From: an uncultured Candidatus Nitrosotenuis sp.
GTDB taxonomy: Archaea; Thermoproteota; Nitrososphaeria; Nitrososphaerales; Nitrosopumilaceae
Assembly: GCA_964402265.1 (NCBI GenBank)
Contig: CAYOBG010000001.1
Location: forward strand, 28,419-68,624
Length of the DNA: 40,206 nucleotides
Direction: 5' to 3'
The notes below the pieces were generated by a model, which worked only from the letters and a program-made list of their open reading frames with translations, was not told the DNA's origin and searched no databases. The translations under genes were made by a program, and so were the position numbers. This document shows, in pieces, positions 1 through 9,801 of the stretch (position 1 is its first letter; each line of letters starts with the position of its first letter).

Positions 1-578
1 CAACTTACTCACTAAAATTTTTTATAGAAAAACTACAGGTTAGGAAAAGTGTATTTGCAATTTGTTTCATAGTCATAATTACAACAAGTATTTTGTTTAG
101 TGATTTCAAATTCGATAATAGCCATCAGAAAGAATCTGCTTTCATTGCAAGACATGTTGTTGAGAATACCAAGATAATCAATGATTATTATCCTGAAAGC
201 CAATTCGCAGTAAGTTTGGATGTGCCAAAAACATGGTCAGAGTATAAAACATTTTTTAAAGATATGGATAGAACAAAAAAAGAATATACACGAGATGAAT
301 TACATCATCCACGTCAAGTTACAATCAAAGATCCAAGTAATTTTAAAACATTAGATTCATTTTTACAAGACTCGACAAGAGGAAAAATTACTCATTTGGT
401 ACTAGATGGGAAAAAAGACAGACCTCAATTTCTCAATGATGTTTTCTATGACGAAACAAAGTATGAATTTCTAAAAAAAATATACGACTCAAAAGATGAC
501 AATTTGGAATATCATGTCAAAATATTCGAAGTGGATTCTGAATTATTTGATTCATTAAAGAATAGCAAAGATGCTTAG
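1..578 (+). CDS. 3' part of a membrane protein, probably a GT-C fold (PMT/GT39-like) glycosyltransferase; 5'-truncated by the window edge
   Basis: The frame is open from position 3 (TYSLKFFIEKLQVRKSVFAICFIVIITTSILFSDF...), giving a hydrophobic helix and then a soluble tail ending YHVKIFEVD. This resembles tails of thaumarchaeal island membrane GTs (recalled, not searched). Confidence 0.5.
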   Translation, partial: TYSLKFFIEKLQVRKSVFAICFIVIITTSILFSDFKFDNSHQKESAFIARHVVENTKIINDYYPESQFAVSLDVPKTWSEYKTFFKDMDRTKKEYTRDELHHPRQVTIKDPSNFKTLDSFLQDSTRGKITHLVLDGKKDRPQFLNDVFYDETKYEFLKKIYDSKDDNLEYHVKIFEVDSELFDSLKNSKDA

Positions 579-665
579 TTTCACATATAAACAATTTAAA
601 CAAGATTCCGACCAAATATGTTTTAGAATTCTTTGGCTGTAATTCTTGAAAAATTAATATATTAA

Positions 666-1670
666 ATGTGTGAGCGTTATCTAATTTTTATGGATAAAAA
701 GATCAAAGTTGCATTTATTTATAAAAAATCAAACCCATTACTATCACCGACTAACTATGACACTACATATTATCATTTTTTCATGGATGCTCTAAAACGC
801 AATTCACGTGTTAATGTAACTTATTTTCCAACTGAAAAAAAAATGGATGTCAGTGCGCTGAAAAACAAATTTGACATTATTTTATTATATGAAAATTGGA
901 ATGGTGGTTCACCAGATGAGTTAGTTGGAATAGACGAATTAGGCATTCCAGTAATAGCAAGATGTGGTGATTTTCATGCAGCACAGAAATACGACACGAT
1001 CAGTTATCATGAAAAATATAAAATTAATCATTATTTTGGCTTTAACACAAAAGAATTGTTTTATCAATTTTATCCAAAAAATTTCAAATATAAAACTGTA
1101 ATATACGGGTTAGAGCCGTCATTATATCAAAACATTATTCCGTTTAGAGACAGAATTAAAAATAAGATTTTAAATTCTGGCGCAATTGGCAACACCAGTC
1201 TATATTCAAGAATTAGGGGTTTGTTCAAGCCTGTCCACGGAAATCCGTATTATGAATATAGATTGAGAACAAAGTGCACCGAACTACCATATGTTGATTA
1301 TACATCAACTTTACAACATGAATTCATTGGTGACAAATATCCATTACTTTTACAAAAATATCAAGCTGCAATTGCAGCAACAACATTTGGTCCGACTATA
1401 AAATATTGGGAGATTCCTGCTGCGGGTTGTTTAACATTTATGGAAATTACCAAGAAGAATGGCGGAGAATATTTAGGATATACTGATGGGGAAACAGCAA
1501 TTTTCATAAACGAAGACAATTATGAAGAGAAATTTAGAGAATTTCTTAAAAATCCAGATGAACCAAAATGGGAGAAAATAGCAAATGCTGGAAGAAAATA
1601 TGCTTTAGAGAATTTGAATAATGATAAAGCTGTGAATTCCCTAGTTGATTTAATGGAAGAATTTGTTTAA
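666..1670 (+). CDS. Glycosyltransferase, CgeB-like / Glyco_trans_1_2 family
   Basis: C-terminal KYWEIPAAGCL...GETAIF...EKIANAGRKYALEN is typical of CgeB-like GT-B proteins; the start may be ATG 690. Confidence 0.7.
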   Translation: MCERYLIFMDKKIKVAFIYKKSNPLLSPTNYDTTYYHFFMDALKRNSRVNVTYFPTEKKMDVSALKNKFDIILLYENWNGGSPDELVGIDELGIPVIARCGDFHAAQKYDTISYHEKYKINHYFGFNTKELFYQFYPKNFKYKTVIYGLEPSLYQNIIPFRDRIKNKILNSGAIGNTSLYSRIRGLFKPVHGNPYYEYRLRTKCTELPYVDYTSTLQHEFIGDKYPLLLQKYQAAIAATTFGPTIKYWEIPAAGCLTFMEITKKNGGEYLGYTDGETAIFINEDNYEEKFREFLKNPDEPKWEKIANAGRKYALENLNNDKAVNSLVDLMEEFV

Positions 1671-1724
1671 AAACAGTAATTCTTAATTAACTATAAAATT
1701 TTCTATAAATTCAGAATTTAAAAA

Positions 1725-2492
1725 ATGAAAGCTGTGATACTGGCGGGAGGATATGGAACTAGGATTAGTGAAGAAACAACTCTCAGGCCAAAACCTATGA
1801 TAGAGATTGGTGGTATGCCTATTCTATGGCATATAATGAAGATGTATTCGACGTACGGCATAAATGAATTCATAATTTGTTGTGGATACAAAGGATACAT
1901 GATAAAAGAATACTTTGCAAACTATTTTCTTCATAAATCGGATGTGACTTTTGACATAAAGAAGAACAAGATGGAAGTACATGAAAAATTTGCAGAACCG
2001 TGGAAAGTTACTTTAATTGATACTGGTCTTGACACTATGACTGGCGGCCGTCTCAAGCGAGTCCAGAAATATGTAGATAAAGGCACATTTTGTTTTACTT
2101 ATGGAGATGGTCTGAGTGATATCAATTTTTCAAAGCTGATAAAATTTCACCGCGCCAAAAAAAAAATATCTACTGTCACTGCGGTTCAACAGCCCGGAAG
2201 ATTCGGTAGGTTAAGTATCAAAAATGATCGCGTCATCAGTTTTGAGGAGAAACCTCTTGGCGACGGAGCTTGGATAAATGGTGGATTTTTTGTTCTTGAA
2301 TCAGATATTTTTGATTATATAAAGAATGACTCTGTTGTGTGGGAGAAAGAACCCATGGAAAAACTATCTAGAAAAAATCAATTGTCTGCCTTCAAACATG
2401 ACGGATTTTGGTATGCCATAGATACCCTACGCGAGAAGAATCACTTGGAAAATTTGTGGAATTCTAGAAAGGCACCCTGGAAAGTTTGGTAA
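1725..2492 (+). CDS. rfbF: Glucose-1-phosphate cytidylyltransferase
   Basis: MKAVILAGGYGTRISEET...PKPMIEIGG, TMTGGRLKR, FTYGDG, WINGGFFV, C-terminal APWKVW. Confidence 0.95.
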   Translation: MKAVILAGGYGTRISEETTLRPKPMIEIGGMPILWHIMKMYSTYGINEFIICCGYKGYMIKEYFANYFLHKSDVTFDIKKNKMEVHEKFAEPWKVTLIDTGLDTMTGGRLKRVQKYVDKGTFCFTYGDGLSDINFSKLIKFHRAKKKISTVTAVQQPGRFGRLSIKNDRVISFEEKPLGDGAWINGGFFVLESDIFDYIKNDSVVWEKEPMEKLSRKNQLSAFKHDGFWYAIDTLREKNHLENLWNSRKAPWKVW

Positions 2493-3559
2493 TGAGTTCA
2501 CAGTTCTGGAATGATAAAACAGTTCTACTTACAGGTCATACTGGCTTTAAGGGAAGCTGGATGTCATTATGGCTTCAAAAATTAGGTGCTACAGTGATAG
2601 GCTTTTCTAAAGATGTACCCACAAACCCTAGTCTTTTTGAAATTGCCAAAGTCGATAATGAAATGACTTCAATTTTTGGTGATGTACGCGACTACAACAT
2701 GCTTGAAGAGACGATTCAGAAATGCAGGCCGCAGATAATCATCCATATGGCGGCCCAAGCAATTCTTCGCCAATCTTACAAGAACCCTGCAGAGACATTT
2801 GCAACAAACGTGATGGGAACTGTAAATATCTTAGAGGCTGTTCGAAATACTAAAACCGTAAAGACAATTCTGAATGTTACAAGCGATAAATGTTACGAGT
2901 CAAGTAACCTGTCACATAGTTATGTTGAGACAGACGCGATGGGTGGATTTGATCCATATAGTAGCAGTAAAGGATGTGCGGAGCTGGTCACGTCAGCATT
3001 TAGAAATTCTTTTTTTAATATACAAGAATTTGACAGGCATGGTGTTGCTGTAGCAACAGCTCGAGCAGGAAATGTGATAGGTGGTGGAGATTGGGGAGTT
3101 GATAGGCTAATACCAGATATCGTAAGAAGCTTGATTGGGAAAAAACAGATGTCAATACGTTATCCTAATGCGACAAGACCTTGGCAACATGTGCTTGATG
3201 TAATTAATGGTTATACTATTCTAATAGAGAATCTATGGCGAAGTGGTCCAGAGTTTGCAGAGGCGTGGAATTTTGGTCCGACTCGTAATGAAATCAAACC
3301 TGTAGACTGGTTAGTTACAAAAATGATGGATTTGTTTAATGAGAAAATTGAGATAAGTTATGATACAACTGCGAAACCATATGAATCTGTACATCTCAGA
3401 TTAGATTGTTCAAAAGCAAGTTCTCGATTAAAATGGTTCTCAAAGCTGAATCTAGATGAGGCATTGAGTTGGACAGTAGAGTGGTATAGACATTATAAAA
3501 ACGGTCTAGATATGAAAAAATTTAGTCAAGAACAAATTAATCGGTTTATTCAGCTATAA
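2492..3559 (+). CDS. rfbG: CDP-glucose 4,6-dehydratase
   Basis: FW..KTVLLTGHTGFKGSW, TSDKCY, DPYSSSKG, RAGNVIGGGDW, RPWQHVL, WNFGP; ATG 2492 overlaps the rfbF stop (TAATG). Confidence 0.95.
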   Translation: MSSQFWNDKTVLLTGHTGFKGSWMSLWLQKLGATVIGFSKDVPTNPSLFEIAKVDNEMTSIFGDVRDYNMLEETIQKCRPQIIIHMAAQAILRQSYKNPAETFATNVMGTVNILEAVRNTKTVKTILNVTSDKCYESSNLSHSYVETDAMGGFDPYSSSKGCAELVTSAFRNSFFNIQEFDRHGVAVATARAGNVIGGGDWGVDRLIPDIVRSLIGKKQMSIRYPNATRPWQHVLDVINGYTILIENLWRSGPEFAEAWNFGPTRNEIKPVDWLVTKMMDLFNEKIEISYDTTAKPYESVHLRLDCSKASSRLKWFSKLNLDEALSWTVEWYRHYKNGLDMKKFSQEQINRFIQL

Positions 3560-3565
3560 TACATT

Positions 3566-4798
3566 ATGACGGAAAACATCTGTAGATTTTGTAAATCCTC
3601 ATTATCAGAGGTTTTTGCAGATCTTGGAATATCACCACTTGCAAATTCTTTTTTAAAAAGCAACATGTTTGAAAAAAAAGAGCCAAAATATCCACTTGTC
3701 GCGTATCTTTGTTCCAAATGTTTTTTGGTTCAAGTTCCAGAATTTGAAAGGCCAGAAAACATATTTACTGATTATGCTTATTTTTCATCGTTTTCTGATA
3801 CATGGTTAAAGCATTCAGAGAATTACGCGAATTCAGTTATACAAGAGTTCAATTTTAACGACAAAAGTTTTGTAATAGAGATTGCAAGTAACGACGGTTA
3901 TCTGTTACAATTTTTTAGAGATAGAAACATTCCTGTTTTGGGAATAGAGCCGGCTGCTAATGTAGCTAAAATTGCTCAAGAACGCGGTATACCTACACTG
4001 GTCAAATTTTTCGGAACAGATACTGCAATGCACATAATATCTAGAAATCAGAAGGCAGACTTGGTAATAGCAAATAATGTGTTAGCTCACGTTCCGGATC
4101 TAAATGATTTTATTTCAGGTATGAAGCAGATATTGAAAGAAGACGGAATAATAACAATAGAATTTCCTCATTTGCTGAATTTAATCAAATTCAATCAATT
4201 TGACACAATATACCATGAACATTTTTCCTATTTTTCACTTCTTTCGTTAGAAATGATATTTTCTAGGCATGGCCTAACCATTTTTCATGTAGAAGAGATT
4301 CCAACTCACGGCGGATCACTTAGAGTTTATCTCAAACATTCAGATAATCAGAAATTTTCTATTAGAAAGAGCGTCAACAGTGTTATTGATAAAGAGAGAA
4401 AACATGGGCTAGATGACATTCTTACTTACTCTTCTTTTGCAAATAGAATTAATTGTATAAAAGAAAATATTCTAAAGTTTTTTCATAATGCCAAAAAAGA
4501 AAATAAAAAGATAGTTTGCTATGGCGCTGCCGCAAAAGGAAATACATTGTTAAATTATTGCGGGATCGGTAAAGAGTTCATCGAGTATATTGTTGATAAA
4601 AGTCCTCACAAACAAGGCCTATTTCTACCAGGCACTCACATACAAGTCATGAATCCAAACATGGTTTTTGAGACCAAACCAGATTACCTAATTATTTTAC
4701 CATGGAATTTGAAAGATGAGGTAATGCAACAGATGAATCGCATTAGAGAATGGAATGGAAAATTTGTTGTATTCATACCAAAAGTGGAGATTTATTGA
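3566..4798 (+). CDS. NDP-hexose C-methyltransferase (TylC3/EryBIII/NovU-like, Zn-binding N-terminus)
   Basis: CRFC...CSKCFLVQ Zn motif, EIASNDGYLL, FDTIYHEHFSYFS, HGGSLR, YGAAAKGNTLLNYC, ILPWNL. Confidence 0.9.
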   Translation: MTENICRFCKSSLSEVFADLGISPLANSFLKSNMFEKKEPKYPLVAYLCSKCFLVQVPEFERPENIFTDYAYFSSFSDTWLKHSENYANSVIQEFNFNDKSFVIEIASNDGYLLQFFRDRNIPVLGIEPAANVAKIAQERGIPTLVKFFGTDTAMHIISRNQKADLVIANNVLAHVPDLNDFISGMKQILKEDGIITIEFPHLLNLIKFNQFDTIYHEHFSYFSLLSLEMIFSRHGLTIFHVEEIPTHGGSLRVYLKHSDNQKFSIRKSVNSVIDKERKHGLDDILTYSSFANRINCIKENILKFFHNAKKENKKIVCYGAAAKGNTLLNYCGIGKEFIEYIVDKSPHKQGLFLPGTHIQVMNPNMVFETKPDYLIILPWNLKDEVMQQMNRIREWNGKFVVFIPKVEIY

Positions 4799-5325
4799 TG
4801 ATTTTTTCTGAAACTTCGCTTAAAGACGTATTTGTAATAGACATGGAAAGAATTGAAGACGAGCGAGGATTTTTTGCTCGTGTTTGGGATATTAAGGAAT
4901 TTACTAATCTTGGACTAAACACAAGGATTGTACAATGTAGTATTTCTTACAATAAGAAGAGGGGAACTCTTAGAGGCATTCACTATCAAGAGAAACCGTA
5001 TGAGGAGGACAAGATCATTCGCTGTGTCAGAGGCAAGATATTTGATGTGATAATTGACATACGGCCAGAATCACCTACATATAAGAAGTGGATTGGGATT
5101 GAACTTGACGCGAATGAATACAAGATGATCTATGTTCCAAAAGGATTTGCTCATGGATTTCAAACATTAGAAGACAATACGGAGGTTTTTTATCAAATAT
5201 CAGAATTTTTTATGCCAAAACATGCTCGTGGGATAAGATGGGATGATAATTCATTTAAAATAGATTGGCCTTTAAACCCCTCAATAATTTCTAAAAGAGA
5301 CCAAAGTTATGACAATTTTAAGTGA
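4798..5325 (+). CDS. rfbC: NDP-4-keto-6-deoxyglucose 3,5-epimerase (RmlC family)
   Basis: DERGFFAR, GTLRGIHYQ, DIRPESPTY, YVPKGFAHGFQTL, GIRWDD; ATG 4798 overlaps the upstream stop (TGATG). Confidence 0.9.
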   Translation: MIFSETSLKDVFVIDMERIEDERGFFARVWDIKEFTNLGLNTRIVQCSISYNKKRGTLRGIHYQEKPYEEDKIIRCVRGKIFDVIIDIRPESPTYKKWIGIELDANEYKMIYVPKGFAHGFQTLEDNTEVFYQISEFFMPKHARGIRWDDNSFKIDWPLNPSIISKRDQSYDNFK

Positions 5326-5330
5326 TTAAA

Positions 5331-6059
5331 ATGAATGATAGAGATTTTGAGTTAAGAAATCAGAGAAAAATAAAGAGTATGTCTTTAGATAAAAAAGTAA
5401 AAGATACTTCAAAAAAGTGGTTTTCACAGACTTACAAGTATGAGTACTCTTATCATTTTAGATGGCTCGGTCGTCCGATCATACAATATCCACAAGATAT
5501 CATGGCATTGCAAGAAATTGTATGGGATGTCAAACCTGATCTTATAATTGAGACGGGGATAGCTAGGGGAGGATCATTGATTTTCTTTGCATCATTGTTA
5601 GAATTAATTGGTAAGGGTAGTGTGTTAGGAATTGATATTGACATAAGATCACATAATAGAAAGGAGATTGAGAAACACCCACTATTCAAGAGAATAAACA
5701 TGATTGAAGGTTCGTCCATAGACGAAAAGATAGTCAAGGACGTCTATAATGTGGCCAGAGGTAAAAAAAGTATCATGGTTGTTCTAGATTCAAATCATAC
5801 ACATGATCACGTGTTAAAGGAATTGAAATTCTACTCTCCAATTGTAACCAAGAACAGTTACCTAGTAGTTTTTGATACAGTTGTTGCAGATTTACCACGA
5901 CATTATTTTACAAAGCGCCCATGGAAAAAATCTAATAATCCTAAATCAGCTTTGATCGAATTTCTGAGAAATAATAGACAATTCAGAATAGATAACAAGA
6001 TTACAAATAAGTTAGTTATTACCGCAGCACCTGATGGTTATCTAAAACGTATCAAATAG
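5331..6059 (+). CDS. CmcI (cephalosporin hydroxylase-like) family sugar O-methyltransferase
   Basis: WLGRPIIQYPQD, KPDLIIETGIARGGS, IEGSS, LDSNHTHDHVLKEL, APDGYLKR; ATG 5331 chosen over GTG 5322. Confidence 0.88.
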   Translation: MNDRDFELRNQRKIKSMSLDKKVKDTSKKWFSQTYKYEYSYHFRWLGRPIIQYPQDIMALQEIVWDVKPDLIIETGIARGGSLIFFASLLELIGKGSVLGIDIDIRSHNRKEIEKHPLFKRINMIEGSSIDEKIVKDVYNVARGKKSIMVVLDSNHTHDHVLKELKFYSPIVTKNSYLVVFDTVVADLPRHYFTKRPWKKSNNPKSALIEFLRNNRQFRIDNKITNKLVITAAPDGYLKRIK

Positions 6060-6095
6060 TTACGGTTCTCAAAATACGCTAAGATTATCAATTCA

Positions 6096-7001
6096 TTGAC
6101 TAATTATCAGTTATTGAGAGTGTTAATAATAGGAGGAACTGGAGTAATAGGAACCAAATTAGTCAAATATTTTAAAGAAAAAAACCTTGATGTCAAGTTT
6201 ACTTATTTGAAAAACCACCTTCCGATCGAAGGTGGATATTATTTAGATATAATAGAGAAAACACCAACGGTGAAATTTATTGCAGGTATGAAACCAGATA
6301 TCATAATTCATACCACTGCCATCACCAACGTTGATTTATGTGAAACCAACAAAGATTTAGCAGATTTTGTTAATGTAAATGGAATCAGAAATGTTATTGA
6401 GGGAGCAACAATTGCAAGAAGCAAAATAATTTACATTTCAACTTCAGCAGTATTCGACGGTAGAAAAAAAGAGTATGAAGAGAATGATTGTGTTTCACCT
6501 CTCTCGTATTATGGGGCAACAAAAGCTAAAGGCGAAGAATACGTAAAAACGTCAGGTCTACCATATTTGATCTTACGTACGGATCAGCCATATTGTTGGA
6601 TAGAGAAGTGGCAACACACTAATTCAGTGCTAAGAGTTTTAGAAACATTAGGTTCACAAAAGATATTAAATGAAGTAGTTGATTGGTACAACGCTCCCAC
6701 TTACGTGCCAGATTTTGTACGTGTTGTTTTTGAATTATGTGACAAAGCAGATGGAATTTATCATGTAGTAGGCTCAGATTTTATTCATAGGTATGAATGG
6801 GCGCTAGAAACTGCAAGAATTTTTGGTTTAAACCAAGAATTAATCAGACCTATTAATTCAGATAAATTGAATTTACTTGCAAAAAGATCAAACGTCAAAC
6901 TTGCTAATCGGAAGTTATTTCAAAAATTTGGGATCAGTATGAACGGAGTTGAAGAAGGATTGAAGGATATGATTCGAATTAGAGAGACTGGAATTTATTA
7001 G
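6096..7001 (+). CDS. dTDP-4-dehydrorhamnose reductase-like SDR (RmlD family)
   Basis: GGTGVIG Rossmann motif, AITNVDLCE, YISTSAVFDG, YGATK (YxxxK), PTYVPD; TTG start. Confidence 0.85.
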   Translation: MTNYQLLRVLIIGGTGVIGTKLVKYFKEKNLDVKFTYLKNHLPIEGGYYLDIIEKTPTVKFIAGMKPDIIIHTTAITNVDLCETNKDLADFVNVNGIRNVIEGATIARSKIIYISTSAVFDGRKKEYEENDCVSPLSYYGATKAKGEEYVKTSGLPYLILRTDQPYCWIEKWQHTNSVLRVLETLGSQKILNEVVDWYNAPTYVPDFVRVVFELCDKADGIYHVVGSDFIHRYEWALETARIFGLNQELIRPINSDKLNLLAKRSNVKLANRKLFQKFGISMNGVEEGLKDMIRIRETGIY

Positions 7002-7135
7002 GATTGCAGTGCGACTAGATTACATTATAGAATAGATTTAATTTCCAACACTTTCTCATCTAAAATTTAAAATAAAATTAATTTAATAGTGATTCTACTC
7101 TGGGTTTTATAATATAGATATTACTAGGTAGTATT

Positions 7136-8062
7136 ATGAATTTGCCTTATGATGAAAAGGCCAAACTTACCATTGGGTTACTAGTATACAATGGAGAAGA
7201 GCTTGTAAAAGAAAGAATAGAACAAATACGTGCTCAAACATTTCAAGATTTTATTTTGATAATTTCAGATAATGGCTCTAATGACAAAACACAGGAAATT
7301 TGTGAAAAGATTTCTAAAACTGACAAGAAGATCATTTATTTTCGTCATGAGGAAAACAGAGGACCTTATTGGAATTTTAATTTTCTTGTAAAAAAAGCGA
7401 AAACAAAATATTTTGTATGGGCTGCAGTGGATGATATTTGGAGTCATAACTTTTTAGAAAAAAATATCGAAGTCTTAGAAAATAATGAAGAGATTGTTGG
7501 TAGTATAGGAGAAATGAAGATGTTTAATAGAATTAAAGATCCATTAACAAATAAAACAGAAATCATAATTATAGAAAACTCCAAGAAATTTCAATACGTA
7601 CATCCCATTAATGGTGATGTAGGAAAAAAAATAAGATTTTATTTGAATTATAATATGGGTGGAATTATTTACGGAATTTATAGAACAGATAAAATACAAA
7701 AGGCCAATACTTTTGAACATTATAAAAATAATCGGATGTGGCGATGGGCCCTAGCATGTATCTTGAATGTAATAAAAGAAGGAGATTTGGAGGTGATTAA
7801 TGATGTGTTTATCTACAAAGAGGTCAATGTTAGATCAACATCAACTATTCAATACATGAGAAGAACTGGGTTTAGTTCGATGGAGATTTTATTTATCAAT
7901 TTTCCATTTACAATATGGTTCATAAAAAATTTAGGAATAAAAGAATTTTTAAGAAATTTTGGATATTTTACGACACTGAATATAACTTCAGAATTTGGAA
8001 TTATCTCGGAATTATTAAGAATGTGTAAAAGAATTGCATATGGACAGGATAGATATTGGTAA
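7136..8062 (+). CDS. Glycosyltransferase family 2
   Basis: IGLLVYNGE, ISDNGSND, ENRG..WNFNF, YFVWAAVDD. Confidence 0.88.
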   Translation: MNLPYDEKAKLTIGLLVYNGEELVKERIEQIRAQTFQDFILIISDNGSNDKTQEICEKISKTDKKIIYFRHEENRGPYWNFNFLVKKAKTKYFVWAAVDDIWSHNFLEKNIEVLENNEEIVGSIGEMKMFNRIKDPLTNKTEIIIIENSKKFQYVHPINGDVGKKIRFYLNYNMGGIIYGIYRTDKIQKANTFEHYKNNRMWRWALACILNVIKEGDLEVINDVFIYKEVNVRSTSTIQYMRRTGFSSMEILFINFPFTIWFIKNLGIKEFLRNFGYFTTLNITSEFGIISELLRMCKRIAYGQDRYW

Positions 8063-8320
8063 ATTGTCAGTTTTATGTAAAATTATTGTATGCACAAAAT
8101 TATTATAAAGAAATTTAATGGTGCATATGATTTGTTTTTACAAAGATTTACAATTGTTAAATAAGATTTATCTTAGCGGGATTTTTTGATTTTTATAAAT
8201 AAATTTCTATCATAAGGATATAACAAAAATACAAGTATCACACATGATTGTTCGATGAGGAAGCCATGCATGCATAACCCATGGATTAATTTTAATAGCG
8301 ATCAATAAAAATGAAAATTA

Positions 8321-9199
8321 TTGAATATCGCTATTGGAATTCCTGCATATAATGAAGAAAACTCAATAGCAGCAATAATTTTAAAATTAAAGAAAAAATA
8401 TGAAACCATCATAGTTTGTGATGACGGTTCATCAGATTTAACAGGGAGTATTGCGAGTGAGTTAGGTGCAATGGTAATTACGCATAAAAAAAATTCTGGT
8501 TATGGAGCAGCAATCAGGTCAATTTTTCTAAAAGCTCGTGAATTAAAAATAGATGCGCTTGTAACATTTGATGCAGATGGTCAACATAGGATAGAAGATA
8601 TTGATTTAGTTTTACAACCTTTAAAAGAAAAAAGTGCAGACATAGTTATAGGTTCACGTTTTTTACATAATGATTCTAATGTGCCAAAATATAGAAAAGT
8701 CGGAATAAAGATAATCACCAATCTTGCCAATGTTGCTGCGGGTTTAAAAATATCGGATTCTCAAAGTGGGTTCAGAGCTTACAACAATAAAGTGTTAGAA
8801 GAGATTAATCCATCTGATTTTGGAATGGGAATATCAACTGAGATATTAATAAAAGCAAAAAAAATGAATTTTAAAATAATTGAAGTTCCAATTGTTATTC
8901 TATATGAAGGTGATACTTCAACTCATAATCCAGTGACTCATGGAACATCAGTGATTTTAAGCACTATGAAATATGTATCAATAGAGAGACCATTATCTTT
9001 TTACGGCATTCCAGGTTTCATCTTGTTTAGTATAGGAATTTTTTTTACAGTCTGGACTTTACAGATTTTTTCTGAAAGTAGACAAATTATCACAAATGTT
9101 GCATTAATCGGAATGGGGGGTTTAATACTAGGAACACTCTGCATTATGACAGCCATAATACTTTATTCAACAGTTAGTGTTGTTCGAGAGCGAAATTAA
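8321..9199 (+). CDS. GT2, dolichol-phosphate glycosyltransferase (DPM1-like) with two C-terminal TM helices
   Basis: IPAYNEE, VCDDGSSD, NSGYGAA, FDADGQH, VIGSRF, DSQSGFRAY; hydrophobic C-terminus. Confidence 0.88.
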   Translation: MNIAIGIPAYNEENSIAAIILKLKKKYETIIVCDDGSSDLTGSIASELGAMVITHKKNSGYGAAIRSIFLKARELKIDALVTFDADGQHRIEDIDLVLQPLKEKSADIVIGSRFLHNDSNVPKYRKVGIKIITNLANVAAGLKISDSQSGFRAYNNKVLEEINPSDFGMGISTEILIKAKKMNFKIIEVPIVILYEGDTSTHNPVTHGTSVILSTMKYVSIERPLSFYGIPGFILFSIGIFFTVWTLQIFSESRQIITNVALIGMGGLILGTLCIMTAIILYSTVSVVRERN

Positions 9200-9260
9200 T
9201 TATAAACACATCATCATAACAAAATATAGTTTCTTTAATAGATAATTTTGGAAAACTTCA

Positions 9261-9713
9261 TTATATTTTCCATTTTTTCCAATCATAATCATCAAAATCA
9301 ACATTTAGCATTTCATCATCATTTGGTCTCCATGCCGGATTAGCCAATGTAAGTACTGTAGCTATTTTATCAGATACATTGATGTGTGCTGAAGGATAGT
9401 TTTTTGGTATTTGTATCAAGACAGGTTCATCTTCACTAGACTCAATTTCATGATATTTTCCATCCATGTCTTTTGCAATGAATACAACTTTACCTCTGAT
9501 GCACACAAAATAGCTGTTTCTTTTTGTGTGAAGATGAGGTCCTTTGACTTCTCTTGGATTTACTGATGAAACATAAACCATTTTTGGTTCAACCCCAAGT
9601 AGTTTATCCCAATCTCTCCAGATTACAGTTAAAGACCCATTAATGTGACCGTCATGTATGTCCTTAGTGTCATGTTTTTCTAGCTTGATGTATTGAATTG
9701 TATTATTTTGCAC
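9261..9713 (-). CDS. RmlC-like/WxcM-like cupin (sugar epimerase/isomerase)
   Basis: KGPHLHTKR...FVCIRGKV...IPKNYPSAHIN cupin motifs; divergent from rmlB. Confidence 0.7.
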   Translation of the reverse strand: MQNNTIQYIKLEKHDTKDIHDGHINGSLTVIWRDWDKLLGVEPKMVYVSSVNPREVKGPHLHTKRNSYFVCIRGKVVFIAKDMDGKYHEIESSEDEPVLIQIPKNYPSAHINVSDKIATVLTLANPAWRPNDDEMLNVDFDDYDWKKWKI

Positions 9714-9801
9714 AATTGTACAAATTAAACAGGATATAAAAATTCACATCAATTCTACACAAGATATACAAATATTCATTTATTGTAAAGAACATGGAGA
9801 T

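Noticed and set aside
8063-8320. 258-nt AT-rich intergenic region with an ATGCATGCAT palindrome as an ncRNA or mobile-element scar
   Set aside because: No stable GC-rich structure, terminal inverted repeats or ORF remnant could be supported.
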